From Elusimicrobia bacterium RIFOXYA2_FULL_39_19 (GTDB taxonomy: Bacteria > Elusimicrobiota > Endomicrobiia > CG1-02-37-114 > XYA2-FULL-39-19), in NCBI GenBank assembly GCA_001800285.1, contig MGVC01000013.1, positions 79,175-143,174 of the forward strand: DNA of 64,000 bases. Reading direction: 5' to 3'. The notes under the pieces are model-generated. The model saw only the letters and a list, made by a program, of their open reading frames with translations, was not told the origin of the DNA and did not search any database. The translations under genes were made by a program, and so were the position numbers. This document shows positions 18,490-28,500 of the stretch, piece after piece. Positions within the stretch are counted from its first letter, which is position 1, and each line of letters begins with the position of its first letter.

Positions 18490-19428
18490 TTAGGTATGCA
18501 GGTGTATTTTGTTCAATACTTCAAGAGCTAATACTAAGGCATCTTTACCATATTCGCCGGTAACAAGTGGTTTCTTATCTTCCCTGACACACTCGATAAA
18601 GTGTTCCAGTTCTTTTTTCAACGGTTCAATCCGTTCAACTTTTGGGCTGGTTATTTCAATATCTTTCAATGATTCCACCTGCGGTTTCTTTTTTGTATAA
18701 ATCCTGAACCGCTGGGTCGGATAATCAACAGAAATATATGCGGTAGACTGGAATATGCGTAATTTTCTGTATTTGCCCATAGTAACACGGCTGGCTGTGA
18801 GATCCGCAACGCATCCATTATGAAATCTAAGCCTGATTTTGGCAATATCTTCATGTTTTGAAAATATTCTGGTTCCGTAAGCTTCAACATCCTTTACTTT
18901 ACTGCCTACAAGAAACGGCACAATGTCCAGATCATGAATCATGAGATCCAGTACTACGCCCACGTCGGATACTCTGGGATCATACGGCCCTAATCTGTCA
19001 GTTTCTATGAATTTTGGCTGATCAATATATTTCTGAAGGGCTAAAATAGCTCCATTAAATCTTTCTATGTGTCCTATCTGAAGCACGGTACCTTGTTTTT
19101 GCGCCAGGTGTATTAGCTCTTCAGCATGTTCAACAGATGTTGTGAATGGTTTTTCAATAAGGCAGTGTTTACCTGCCATAATAACTTCTTTGCCTATTTC
19201 ATAATGCATTGAAGTAGGTACGACAATACTTACAGCATCTGCATTTTTTATGGCTTCCTTGTAATCAGAGAAAGCATTTGTCTTAAATTGGGAAGCAATT
19301 TTTTCAAGCCGTTTTGGGTTTACATCTACTACACCTGTAAGGTTAACTCCGGGCATGGTGGAATAGTTTCTGGCATGATGCTGACCCAGATTTCCTATCC
19401 CTATCACGCATACATTAATTGGTTTCAT
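18490..19428 (-). CDS. Gfo/Idh/MocA-family NAD(P) oxidoreductase embedded in the lpx cluster (GnnA-like?).
   Basis: 312 aa. N-terminal Rossmann motif MKPINVCVIGIGNLGQHH is present. Its position between the LpxI-like gene and lpxB is the basis for the GnnA suggestion. Confidence 0.7.
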   Translation of the reverse strand: MKPINVCVIGIGNLGQHHARNYSTMPGVNLTGVVDVNPKRLEKIASQFKTNAFSDYKEAIKNADAVSIVVPTSMHYEIGKEVIMAGKHCLIEKPFTTSVEHAEELIHLAQKQGTVLQIGHIERFNGAILALQKYIDQPKFIETDRLGPYDPRVSDVGVVLDLMIHDLDIVPFLVGSKVKDVEAYGTRIFSKHEDIAKIRLRFHNGCVADLTASRVTMGKYRKLRIFQSTAYISVDYPTQRFRIYTKKKPQVESLKDIEITSPKVERIEPLKKELEHFIECVREDKKPLVTGEYGKDALVLALEVLNKIHLHT

Positions 19429-19431
19429 TGT

Positions 19432-20262
19432 CTATTTCTCCCAAGATACGCCAACTATGGATATTCTATGCTTATCTGCCATTTTTAATACTCTTTCTTT
19501 TTCAATAATACAGGTTTTACCCGATTCAACAGCTATAGCGGATGCTTTGATGTGTTTCATGACTTTAATGGTTCTGGGCCCTATTACAGGTAGGTCAAAA
19601 CGCAAATCCTGATGCAGTTTTGCTACTTTTATTATTACATTGCCAGTTCCGGAAAGTTTACCGGACCTTAGAATACAGTAATCTGTGCCTTCCAAAGCTT
19701 CTACCGCTACAACACATTTATTTTTTACCACTATTGTCTGGCCTATATCAAAACGGGACAAATCTTTTACAAGAGAAAAACCAAAACTGATATCTTCTTG
19801 GTGTTTTGGCTCAGGCTTTATTGAATTTAGTATTCCCTCGCTGGCAAGATGACCTTCCAAGAGCGGCAGAATAGGCATTAATTCTAATCCCTGATTTTTA
19901 AAAACATTACCTATAGCTCCAAGAATGGAATCCGCCCTTTTATCTTTAATGGAATCAAACATCTGTTTTGTTATTTCATCCATTTTTATGGAATTATCAA
20001 AAAGCCTCTGATGGCTTACTAATCCGGCCATGAGTACCTTATTCACATTAACAGATTTGAAATACTCCATTGCAAAACCCAACGTACCCAGCGGAAACAA
20101 TTTAAAATCAACTGAATACTTTTTGATATCTTTATTGGTTTCACCCTTAAAACCAGCGGCATAGATATCTGTTTTGGGTGCGTACTTTTTTATATTTTCC
20201 ACTATTAGTACAGGAAATTTTCCTCTGCCGGAAATTATGCCTATTCTTGTAGGTAAGTCCAT
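19432..20262 (-). CDS. lpxI: DUF1009-family protein, putative UDP-2,3-diacylglucosamine hydrolase LpxI.
   Basis: 276 aa. It lies between lpxA and lpxB, as lpxI does in Caulobacter. No LpxH-like gene is seen in the cluster. Confidence 0.5.
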   Translation of the reverse strand: MDLPTRIGIISGRGKFPVLIVENIKKYAPKTDIYAAGFKGETNKDIKKYSVDFKLFPLGTLGFAMEYFKSVNVNKVLMAGLVSHQRLFDNSIKMDEITKQMFDSIKDKRADSILGAIGNVFKNQGLELMPILPLLEGHLASEGILNSIKPEPKHQEDISFGFSLVKDLSRFDIGQTIVVKNKCVVAVEALEGTDYCILRSGKLSGTGNVIIKVAKLHQDLRFDLPVIGPRTIKVMKHIKASAIAVESGKTCIIEKERVLKMADKHRISIVGVSWEK

Positions 20263-20264
20263 GG

Positions 20265-21050
20265 TTATTTTGTTAAAGCAGTGTGACAGATGCCTCTTTT
20301 TGACGATTTTATAAAATTAATTAGGTGTGTTACTTCTGCACCCATTTTTTCTTCTTCATTCATTTTTTCTATTGCTTTTAAAGCTTCCGTAAATATTGTT
20401 TTAGATTCAAACAGCATCCAATATGCTTTTTTAAGATTTCTTATAGCCACCGGGCTAATACCGTTTCTTTTTAACCCTACTCTGTTTAAACCATATAGTA
20501 CAGCCCTGTCACCATTTGCTAGCATGTACGGCAGAATATCCTGCGTTATCATACAACCGCCGCCTATCATTGAAAGCCTACCTATGCGAACATACTGATG
20601 CGCGGCTGCCAGGGCTCCTAAAATAGCTCCTGTCTCAACCATGACATGGCCCCCTAGAGACGCACAATTCGCCATGTAAATATTATCTTCAAGAACAGAA
20701 TCATGGCCTACATGTGAATATGCCATAAGAAAGCAATTATTACCCATACCTGTAACTTCGTTAATTGATCCCCTATGAATGGTAACAAACTCACGTATGT
20801 TATTGTTATTGCCAATAACTACTTTATTGTCTCCACCCTTGAATTTCATATCCTGTGCATCATTGCCTATAGCTGCGTGGTTTGATATTTTGTTGTTTTC
20901 ACCAATTTCACTGTATTGAATAAATGTATAAGGGCCTACAGAGCAATTTTTACCAATTGTTACATTTTTTCCTATGATTGCATAAGGGCCTATTTCTACT
21001 GAAGGGTCCAGCTTTGCTGTTTTGTCAATTATTGCCGTATTGTGTATCAT
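20265..21050 (-). CDS. lpxA: UDP-GlcNAc O-acyltransferase.
   Basis: 261 aa with left-handed beta-helix hexapeptide repeats (IGPYAIIGKNVTIGKNCSVGPY...). Confidence 0.8.
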   Translation of the reverse strand: MIHNTAIIDKTAKLDPSVEIGPYAIIGKNVTIGKNCSVGPYTFIQYSEIGENNKISNHAAIGNDAQDMKFKGGDNKVVIGNNNNIREFVTIHRGSINEVTGMGNNCFLMAYSHVGHDSVLEDNIYMANCASLGGHVMVETGAILGALAAAHQYVRIGRLSMIGGGCMITQDILPYMLANGDRAVLYGLNRVGLKRNGISPVAIRNLKKAYWMLFESKTIFTEALKAIEKMNEEEKMGAEVTHLINFIKSSKRGICHTALTK

Positions 21051-21067
21051 ATTATCTCCAAAAAATA

Positions 21068-21526
21068 TTATTGGGCTTGTTTATCAACAACAATAAACAT
21101 AAACTCAGTCTCAGTAATCAGCTCTCCATTTATGAATGCCTCTCCCCGGACTGTTCCTGATCTACCGCGGGCCCTGAGAACTTCAATTTTTAATTCTATT
21201 GTGTTTGGTGGAAATGCGGGCTTGCGGAATTTTGTTTTATCTATGGTCATAAAGTAAGCTAGTTTATCCGATAAATCCGTCCTTGAAAGGAACAATACGC
21301 AGGCGGTCTGTGCTAATGCTTCTACAATTAATACTCCCGGCATTATAGGGTTTCCAGGAAAATGACCTTTTAAAAAATCTTCATTTCCTGTCAGGATTTT
21401 TTTTCCAATGGCTGATTTCCCAGCTTCGGTAACTGTTACCTTATCAATCATCAGAAAAGGCTCTCTGTGCGGAATGAACTTTTTGATTTCATCTACATTC
21501 AACTCGCGATTTATGATGTTTTCCAT
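21068..21526 (-). CDS. fabZ: 3-hydroxyacyl-ACP dehydratase FabZ.
   Basis: 152 aa hotdog-fold protein. The motif HFPGNPIMPGVLIVEALAQ is canonical for FabZ. Confidence 0.8.
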   Translation of the reverse strand: MENIINRELNVDEIKKFIPHREPFLMIDKVTVTEAGKSAIGKKILTGNEDFLKGHFPGNPIMPGVLIVEALAQTACVLFLSRTDLSDKLAYFMTIDKTKFRKPAFPPNTIELKIEVLRARGRSGTVRGEAFINGELITETEFMFIVVDKQAQ

Positions 21527-21527
21527 T

Positions 21528-22391
21528 CTACATACCTCTTTGTTTAGATTTAATTTGGTCTTTTATCAAATTTACAAAATTAATATTGTGTTTATGCCCT
21601 GAACAACTAGCTTTTATATGTGCCTTTAACGGTTTACCCAGCAAATAAAAATCACCGATGATATCAAGTAATTTATGCCGTACGAATTCGTTATTATATC
21701 TTAATTTTTGAGGATTGTGAATTTTATCAAGACCTATGATTATTGCATTATCTAAATTTCCGCCTTTTGCAAGGCCTTTTTTTGCAAGTGCTTCTATTTC
21801 AAAATCGAAACAAAAAGTTCTTGCTTTTGATATTTCGTTGATAAATATTTCAGAAGTTATTTTAAGTTCAATTTGTTGAGTGCCTACTAGCGGATGGTTG
21901 TAAATAATTGTGTAATCAACAACAAATTCATCACTTGGTGTTGCTGTTATTTCGACTTTTACTTTATCGTCGGAAATGTATTCAATAGGCTCAGTAATCC
22001 TTATATATTCCTTTGGAGCATCTAATTCTACAATCCCGGCACCTAAAAGATAATCAACAAATGGTTTTGCGCTTCCATCGAAAACCGGAGGTTCATTATT
22101 GTTTAGCAAAACCTGCATATTGTCAATACCTAACCCGCTAAATGATGCCAACAAGTGCTCTACAGTATAAACCATAGGGATTTCATTTATGCCTATAGTT
22201 GTTCCTCTTAATATATCCTGAACATTTTCTGCTAATGCGGGTATGACAGGACTGTCTTTTAAATCCGTCCGTATAAATTTAATTCCGTAGTTTATTGGTG
22301 CCGGCCTTAATGTCATTTTAGTTTTATTGCCTGTATGCAAGCCGATTCCTTTGATTGTGATTTCTTTTTTTATGGTTTTTTGCTTATCCAT
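21528..22391 (-). CDS. lpxC: UDP-3-O-acyl-GlcNAc deacetylase.
   Basis: 287 aa. The motif KQKTIKKEITIKGIGLHTGNK is an LpxC N-terminal signature. Confidence 0.85.
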   Translation of the reverse strand: MDKQKTIKKEITIKGIGLHTGNKTKMTLRPAPINYGIKFIRTDLKDSPVIPALAENVQDILRGTTIGINEIPMVYTVEHLLASFSGLGIDNMQVLLNNNEPPVFDGSAKPFVDYLLGAGIVELDAPKEYIRITEPIEYISDDKVKVEITATPSDEFVVDYTIIYNHPLVGTQQIELKITSEIFINEISKARTFCFDFEIEALAKKGLAKGGNLDNAIIIGLDKIHNPQKLRYNNEFVRHKLLDIIGDFYLLGKPLKAHIKASCSGHKHNINFVNLIKDQIKSKQRGM

Positions 22392-22396
22392 AAATA

Positions 22397-23212
22397 TTAT
22401 TTACCTCTAAGTCTTTCTAATACTTTATCGGTTAGATCTGTTCCACCAGTACCATAAAGTATGTTTGATTTTTCTATTACTATGGAAATATCTTCTTCTT
22501 TGGCTAGTTCTTCTATGATTTTGTAAAGTTCTCCTATTAAAGCCATTGTCCTGTTTTTTTCATAATCCTTTAAAGCCTTATCTGATTTCTTTTTCAAAGA
22601 TGTGTTTTCTTGTTGTTTTTTTAATACAGCATCTTTTATTAGTGCTATTTCTGTTTCCTTTTCGCTTATTCTTCTTTGAATATCTTCAATATTCGGTACA
22701 TTTTCCTGACTTTGTATTGATGAAGGGGGTGGCGGAGGTGGTGGCAAATAAGTTGTTGCCGGCGGGGGCGGTGTTGTTAGAGGCATATCGTTAATAGCTA
22801 CAGTTGTTTCGTTAGTTAGTGTTTGTGATGATACCTGAACAGGAACATTTTCAGTAAATGTCGTAGTTGAGTTTTCTAATAACTGGCGCTGTTTCTGCTG
22901 TTCCATATAAACAACCCTGTTTTTTGCAGCAATCAACTCCTGTTTTAATTGTTTTAGCTGTGTTTCAGATTCCGTAGCTGACGATTTTAATATTTCTATA
23001 TCGGTGGCTAATTTTTCAAACTCAAGTTTTTTATCGTTTTTGAGTTTTTCATAATCCTGTTTTGCTGTTTTTACTGGAGGGTAGTATTCGAAAAGCTTAT
23101 TCATGTCTACATAACCCATAGACATACCTCCTATACCCTGAAGCGGAATTTCAATTGCGTTAACCCCTGAAACAAAAACTGTAAACATTATCAAAAACAG
23201 AATATTTCTCAT
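22397..23212 (-). CDS. skp: Skp/OmpH-like periplasmic chaperone with a central polyproline insert.
   Basis: 271 aa with a signal peptide and coiled-coil-rich sequence. It sits immediately downstream of bamA. It is unusually long and contains PPPPATTYLPPPPPPPS. Confidence 0.5.
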   Translation of the reverse strand: MRNILFLIMFTVFVSGVNAIEIPLQGIGGMSMGYVDMNKLFEYYPPVKTAKQDYEKLKNDKKLEFEKLATDIEILKSSATESETQLKQLKQELIAAKNRVVYMEQQKQRQLLENSTTTFTENVPVQVSSQTLTNETTVAINDMPLTTPPPPATTYLPPPPPPPSSIQSQENVPNIEDIQRRISEKETEIALIKDAVLKKQQENTSLKKKSDKALKDYEKNRTMALIGELYKIIEELAKEEDISIVIEKSNILYGTGGTDLTDKVLERLRGK

Positions 23213-23249
23213 TCTATTCTCCGTTATAAAAACTATGTTTATATTATTT

Positions 23250-25532
23250 TTAGAATATCTGTCCTATTGAAAAATAAAATTCCGGAGGATTTCTGCCGTT
23301 TTTAACCTGCACGGGCCAGCCCCAGTCCAATCTGATTGGAAATACGGGAGTTGTAAACCTGATACCAAAACCCCAGCCGGATTTCATATAATTATCCCAT
23401 CCGGCATTTGTTCTCCACTGTTCAGTCTCACCAATGATAAATTTTACGTCTCTGTAACTTGCCCAGGCACCTCCAACATCATAGAAAAAAGCGCCCTGAA
23501 GAATAGTTCTTCTGTTTTCCTGGACTATAGGAAATTTATATTCGAAGTTTGTAACAATCATCACTTCGCCGCCGTTTGGTGGCCCTAGTTCATTGTAGGA
23601 ATAACCTCTTATTGAATCCGGGCCGCCTGAGAAGAATTTATAATTTGACTGCAGGTTATAATCGCGCAGAGCCTCTACATATCCTACAACAGCATTTGCT
23701 GAAAACACAAACTTCCAAAATGTTGGAATAAACCAGCTTGATCTGACAACCGGTTTTAAAAAGTGTACATCACCTTTAAAATCACAACCAGCTAACTGTA
23801 GAGACAAGGAATTCTTGCTTCCTCTAGAAGGATCAAAGATATTATCTCTTGAATCATAAATCAGCTGACCTGTAAAACTTGATGTTAATTCTAATACAGG
23901 TGAAATATATGTATTATTTGTTGTTGGATCTACTTGAACGTCATAAATTTGTTGTTTATCATATCCGTATATAAATTGTAATGAAAGATAATCAGTAATT
24001 CTTGGCCCCACCCTTATTTCACTGCCTTGTTTATGGCTTGAATATGCAAAATTATTGTTTATATATTCCTGCCTTGTAAGATCATATAAACTCAAACCTA
24101 AACTTATTTTTTTTCCTAAAAACCACGGCTCTGTCCATCCGATTTCATAATTTTTTCTTCTGTCACCAAATTCCCAAAGTAAATTCAAGCGTTGTGCTCT
24201 GCCAAACAAATTCATATGATTTACTTGTAAAGTACCTACCAACTTATCAACGCTTGAATATCCTGCACCTGCCTGGAGCATGCCTGGTTTCCCTTCTGTA
24301 ATACCTAATACCAGGTCCGCTGTATCTCCGGTATTTGATGGCTGAATATCTACTTTTGCTTCATCAATAAATCCCAAATTATATATTTTTTCTACTGACC
24401 TACGTAACTTCACTCCGCTAAAAGGATCACCTTCCTTTAGCAGGACTTCACGCCTTATTACATATTCCTTTGTAGTTATTAATCCATCGATATATATTTT
24501 ACCTAAATAAATAAGGTTGTTTTCCGTGATATTAAAATTTACATCTATTAAACCTTGTTCCGGATACTTGGTATATTTCGGAACGATTTCTGCTCTTAAA
24601 TATCCCTTATCGCTATAAAGTTCTGCCAAAAGCGATTGAGTAAGCTCTATATTTTCCTTTTTGTAAATCTGTTTAGATTTTAAAATTATATCCTTTCTTA
24701 ATTCTTTTTCAGTATAAATTGAGTGTCCGGAAAATGTAATGTTAGCTATTTTATACTTTGGGCCTTCAATTACATTTATATTTATAGTAGCCTTTGTTCT
24801 TTCTTCATTAAATGTGATTGTAGGAGAGGATACTTCGACACTCTCAAATCCGTTGTTTTTATAGAAATTCTCAATTTTTACAAGGTCTTCATTTAAAACT
24901 TTTGAAAGATACTTTTTCTTTCTCTTTGTCTCCATCAACTTTACAATTTTTTTAGGTTTATATTTTCTTGTCCCGGATATTTCAATTTTCTCTACTGTTA
25001 CTTTTCTTCCTTCAGTTACAAAAAAAGTTAATGTTGCTTGATTTTTTGTTTTATCCATTGATAATTCATGTACAATTTTAGTGTCTGCATAACCGGCATC
25101 ACCATATTTATCAAGTATTTTCATTATATCAGGTTCTATCTGTGATTTGTCGAGGTATTCTTTTTCCTTTACTGCAATTTCTTCTTTTAGCATTCCTTTG
25201 CCAAATTTTTTATTGCCTTTGAAATCTATTTTTTTGACATATATTTTTTCTAATATTGCAAAAGTAACTACGTATGTATTCGTGTCCACTTCTACAGTAA
25301 CATCATCAAAATATCCTAAAGCTAAAACATTATTTAGGTCAGTTTTTAGGTTTTCCGAAGAATAATATTCACCGGCTTTTGTTTTAATGGCTTTACGGAT
25401 TACCTTTTCTTTTATGTTTAAATTTCCTTTAATGTCAATTCGTGATACTTTTGATAATTCTGCAATCGACATTGTGTTTAATGTAAATAATAATATTGTT
25501 GCAATAAGGCATTTTTTTCTAAACATTTTCAT
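23250..25532 (-). CDS. bamA: Outer membrane protein assembly factor BamA (Omp85).
   Basis: About 760 aa with POTRA repeats and a C-terminal 16-strand barrel ending ...FYFSIGQIF. The start is probably MKMFRKK at 25532 rather than the upstream M at 25586. Confidence 0.8.
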   Translation of the reverse strand: MKMFRKKCLIATILLFTLNTMSIAELSKVSRIDIKGNLNIKEKVIRKAIKTKAGEYYSSENLKTDLNNVLALGYFDDVTVEVDTNTYVVTFAILEKIYVKKIDFKGNKKFGKGMLKEEIAVKEKEYLDKSQIEPDIMKILDKYGDAGYADTKIVHELSMDKTKNQATLTFFVTEGRKVTVEKIEISGTRKYKPKKIVKLMETKRKKKYLSKVLNEDLVKIENFYKNNGFESVEVSSPTITFNEERTKATININVIEGPKYKIANITFSGHSIYTEKELRKDIILKSKQIYKKENIELTQSLLAELYSDKGYLRAEIVPKYTKYPEQGLIDVNFNITENNLIYLGKIYIDGLITTKEYVIRREVLLKEGDPFSGVKLRRSVEKIYNLGFIDEAKVDIQPSNTGDTADLVLGITEGKPGMLQAGAGYSSVDKLVGTLQVNHMNLFGRAQRLNLLWEFGDRRKNYEIGWTEPWFLGKKISLGLSLYDLTRQEYINNNFAYSSHKQGSEIRVGPRITDYLSLQFIYGYDKQQIYDVQVDPTTNNTYISPVLELTSSFTGQLIYDSRDNIFDPSRGSKNSLSLQLAGCDFKGDVHFLKPVVRSSWFIPTFWKFVFSANAVVGYVEALRDYNLQSNYKFFSGGPDSIRGYSYNELGPPNGGEVMIVTNFEYKFPIVQENRRTILQGAFFYDVGGAWASYRDVKFIIGETEQWRTNAGWDNYMKSGWGFGIRFTTPVFPIRLDWGWPVQVKNGRNPPEFYFSIGQIF

Positions 25533-28500
25533 TTTTCCTTTTCTCCAGTTTCTTTCTTTTGTTCTTTTGACCAGCCAAAACGCCATTGTGGCTCTATGCG
25601 TATTTGGTATTCACCGTCTTTAAACCATGAACTTTGATTTGGTTCAAACCCGTATATTCCTCTGACAAATATATTTCCTTTCCATCTATAAGCAAGTTCG
25701 AATTCGTGTTTTAGGTCTAATTTTTTTTGTTTTTCACCTAAAGTTAAGGCATATCCTAGAAGCAAATCTCCTGTTAAATATTTTTCTAGCGTGTATTTTG
25801 TTCCTGAAAATATATCTACCATCGTAGGGTTATCTGTAGGACTTGTGTCTGTATCAGTTGTTGATGTAGGTACAGTTGTTACTCTCATAGTATCTGCTAT
25901 TCCGCTTTTTTGTAGTAATTTTCTTGCCAGAGGTGACGCAAGAGAAGCATCAAATAACCTTACCAGCTGTTTTCTGAGAACCATATTTTGTTCGCTTGGG
26001 GTCATATTTTCTGTTATCCCGTATGTAGCTGAAACGAGTTTTTCAGAAGTCATATCGGGTCTGTCTCTGGACGTAAATTGAGGCGCAATTTGGCCTATAG
26101 GGCTTCTTGGAATTATCATTTCTACTTTTCCTACTTCTTTAGCCGTAGAACCTGATTCGATGCCTGATGAAAACAAGCCTGTAGTCTCAGTGCGTGCCTG
26201 CAAGTAACATTCATTATTTATAACCTCAAATAAAGCCTCTTTTATTTCAAAAACTTTATCTATGTAACTTATGTTTCCTCTTCTTGATTCTATGTTGCCG
26301 TTTACAGTTATATCAGGATAATTACCCGCAAGATTTAATTTTCCTCCGATATTAACACTCATTAAATCACTATCGTACCAGGTATTTTCTCCGGCCCTCA
26401 AATCCATGTTCCACTTTAAACTTCTTATTGAGCTGGTAAAAATACTTCCCTTTGGAGCATTTTTGGGAGGCGGGTACGAAAAATGGGTATTATCAAGCTC
26501 GATATATCCGAGCATTTTTACGTCATTTTTTTTTCCTATTATTTGCAAGTCTATTTTTGGCTCACCAAAAGAATAGTTTTTTATTACTGTTTCGAGACCT
26601 GTTGATTTAAACAATGGATTTGTAGGAATTGGTAGTTCTTTTATGAATACTTTTATGCCTTTTTTATCAGGAGTTATTATTTTCAAGTTATACTCATCAA
26701 TATTAAAAAGCTCACCTAAGAGCATATAACCTTCAATTTCTATTTTCCCATCACCTACTTTTGCCGAACATTTTTTAATATCCAGTTTATTGTCAGAAAA
26801 TGTTATGCCTACATTTAATTTCTGCATTTTATCAAAATAATTTGATGACTGTATTTCTCCTTCTGATATTATCAGATATCCTCCGTAAGAAGGTCTGTCC
26901 GAGGGGCCTGATATCTGTAATTTTGCGTCAATTTTACCGCTAGCTGTTTTTATTTCTTCAGACATTGATTTCAATATGGAAAGGTCGCCTTTTTCAATGT
27001 CAAAAGATAATGAGATATCCTTATTATTCAGTGGGTATTTTTGTTCATCAATTGTTATTGGTACACTGCCTTTACAAGAAAGGGCCAATTGTTCTTTTCC
27101 TGTAGCATTATCTATCTTCACAAGTCTTGAATTAGGTATTTCAAGAATAAAATTATTGTAAGTAAACTGAATATTTGCATTTGTAAAAGGTATTGAATAA
27201 AATTCGCCCGCAGAAACATTCAATGAACCGGTTATATAAGGCTTTTCAATATGTCCTTTATAAATTACCGTAAAATCCGTATACCCATTTAAAGGCAGCT
27301 GCAAATCAATTATGCTTGAAATAAAATCAAGGCTTATATTTGTGCCTTCGGCTGACAGGTTTGAATTTGTTTTTGTAAAATTACCGTTTAGTTTAAAATC
27401 AGCATTATTAGAGCCTTTTGTATATCTGTAATTTATATTTGAAAATATTATTTTATCCGAATCAGAAAAATCAATCTTACCGGAGAGAACACTATCCTGA
27501 TCTTTTAAAGGCATAAATTCTATTTCTTTTTTAGAATTCTTGTTATTGAACTGCACTTTTAGGTTTGTGTTTTTTATGTTTTGCTGATTTATCCAGAGAT
27601 TATCTATGTTTATGAGAGATGTAATAAATATGTTGTCGTTATTCGTATTTATTTCACCGGATAGATTAATGTTACCAAATATATTTAGTGGTTTTATATT
27701 AAAATTTTTTGTGCTCAAACCTGCTTTATATTTTACGGAATTGTTTCCAAAATCAATTACACTATCTTTGGTTATAGATATTTTTTGGTCATCTGATTCA
27801 ATATCAAAGCGTATGATTTTTGCTTGATTCATCTCATTATTAAATTCAGTAATGATACTTAACCCAGTCCAATGTTTGGGAAGGATTTCAGCGTCATAAA
27901 TTAACCCTGCTGAATTTAAAGATATTGTAGTTATCGGAGCTTTTAGGCTTCCTGTTATTTCAAACATAGAATCTATTTTTCCTTCGAGTGGAAGACTGAA
28001 ATTGATAAGATTTGTTAATATTTTATTAAATGAAAGCATATCCATGGAATTGAAGGAAACAGTTGAATTTATTTCTGGATTTTCCGTTATTTTAATTATA
28101 TTCATATTAAATAAACCTTTTTCTTTTGTGTCTGTTTTAATATCTCCGGATATTTTTAGTGAATCCGAAGCAAATTGGCCTTTACCATTTAATTTAAGTT
28201 TCATTTTTTTTAAGGTAATATTATCCGAATTACCATAAAAGTATATTTCAGGCTTTTTTAATGTCCCCACTATTTTTGCATTGCAATTCATATTTCCTGT
28301 AAGTTCTGATACGTTCAATCTGCTTAGGTCGTAATTTTCTATAGCAATATTTCCGCTCAGTTCCTGGTTTTTCGTATTACAAATCATGTTTAATTCTGCA
28401 GATTTATTTATTTTTAAGTCGCTTATTGTAATCATGTCCTTTACATAGACAATACTGCCGGCTATTTTATCTGTGTAATATTTATTAATAATAACATTTT

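Noticed and set aside
25533-25586. bamA N-terminal extension overlapping the tamB 3' end.
   Set aside because: The upstream M (MAFWLVKRTKERNWRKGK) precedes the signal peptide. The start at MKMFRKK (25532), directly after the tamB stop, gives a normal signal peptide.
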